From Octopus sinensis (Eukaryota), in the NCBI RefSeq assembly GCF_006345805.1, contig NW_021836151.1:124001-188000 (forward strand): a DNA stretch of 64,000 nt, written 5' to 3'. Of the stretch, positions 63,101 through 64,000 are shown piece by piece. Both the position numbers and the translations under genes were made by a program. The stretch's first letter is position 1; each line of letters begins with the position of its first letter. The notes under the pieces were generated by a model. That model was given only the letters and a program-made list of their open reading frames with translations. It was not told the origin of the DNA and searched no databases.

Positions 63101-63539
63101 AAAAAAAAGAGTTGGCGAAAACATGTTTGCATGCATTGAATTGAATATTATGCTCTCAATGAAAGAATTGTTTGAAAAATAGTTAGAACGTTACGGTTTA
63201 CATTTGTCAACCGAAAGCATACGTAAACATATACATAAATGAATGAATTAGTATTTATTCGAAAAGGAAAAACGAAAAGGAGAGAGGAAATTAATAAGAC
63301 AACGAATGCCTCTTCTACATTGTTTCCCTCTTCTTTTTTGTTTAATTACAGATTCGAGAGGCAAATGCTTTCACAAGAACATTTCCAATTTTTTCTGTCG
63401 TGTCTTCTATCTCCTGAGTGATAGCTTGGTCCAGCTGGAGCGTATTTGCCAATTTGATGGAATTTCGTCTTGTCTTTTCGAGCTTAACGATAATGCGATC
63501 CCTCTCAGCCAATTCTTCGATTGCCTCAAATACTACTAA

Positions 63540-63790
63540 GCTCAATCCAATTGAAAATGCATGGTCAATTTTAAAGGCAGGAAAAAAGATTTATCAACTC
63601 GTTGCCCATACATTTTAAGAATATAATCAAATGGACTTAACGGAAAAAGAATATCGCTTACAGTGTCTTGAGAGGATTATTGAAAAAAACATTGGACTAA
63701 TAACTGTTCAAAGATGTTTTGCATTTATAGCAAACATACAGCGCGAACTTACAGGTGAAATTCAAATACAGAACGTCCAATTTAAAAAAA
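63540..63790 (+). mobile_element. Tc1/IS630-like transposase C-terminal remnant
   Basis: LNPIENAWSILK motif. Confidence 0.45.
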
Positions 63791-64000
63791 CGCTCATCTT
63801 TCCTTTTTTCTCTAATTTTATACGTTTTCGATTAGTTAAATCGTAAATTATAAAATTGAAGTTGCCAATTATAAAATTGAGTTTGCAAATTATAAAATTA
63901 AAGTTTTTTAGGATAGTGTTAATAATGCCTAGATTCTGCAATTAATTCCAATTGTAAATGTTTCACATCATAAATTGAAAGAATTTTGTTCTAATACATT

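Overview
AT-rich eukaryotic DNA, probably from a compact-genome animal. It uses the standard code and nearly all introns are ultra-short GT-AG introns of about 21-30 nt, which is reminiscent of dicyemids (inference only). Small islands of intact host genes are separated by deeply nested transposon clusters. The intact genes are a divergent proteasome beta-type subunit, a Diaphanous formin, SNAPC3, POLR2I/RPB9, TTC30/IFT70 and GEMIN8; the proteasome and POLR2I genes are invisible in the ORF track because of their tiny introns. Mobile elements with resolvable ends include three Ginger-like integrase transposons (TGT...ACA ends, 5-bp TSD in two), Merlin, Tc1, three Tigger/pogo, five hAT elements, a Helitron carrying a ~95-bp satellite, CRE-clade LINEs (one with a PHD finger) and RTE LINEs (one with a twin-priming-type 5' inversion). 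The most unusual structure is a ~1.4-kb direct duplication of the DIAPH/SNAPC3 tail-to-tail junction. It flanks a 13-kb mosaic of intron-containing gene shards that includes a second formin (FMNL-like) and a SNAPC4-like Myb fragment. Several DNA transposases also carry host-type micro-introns. All family calls rest on motif recognition by eye; no searches were run.
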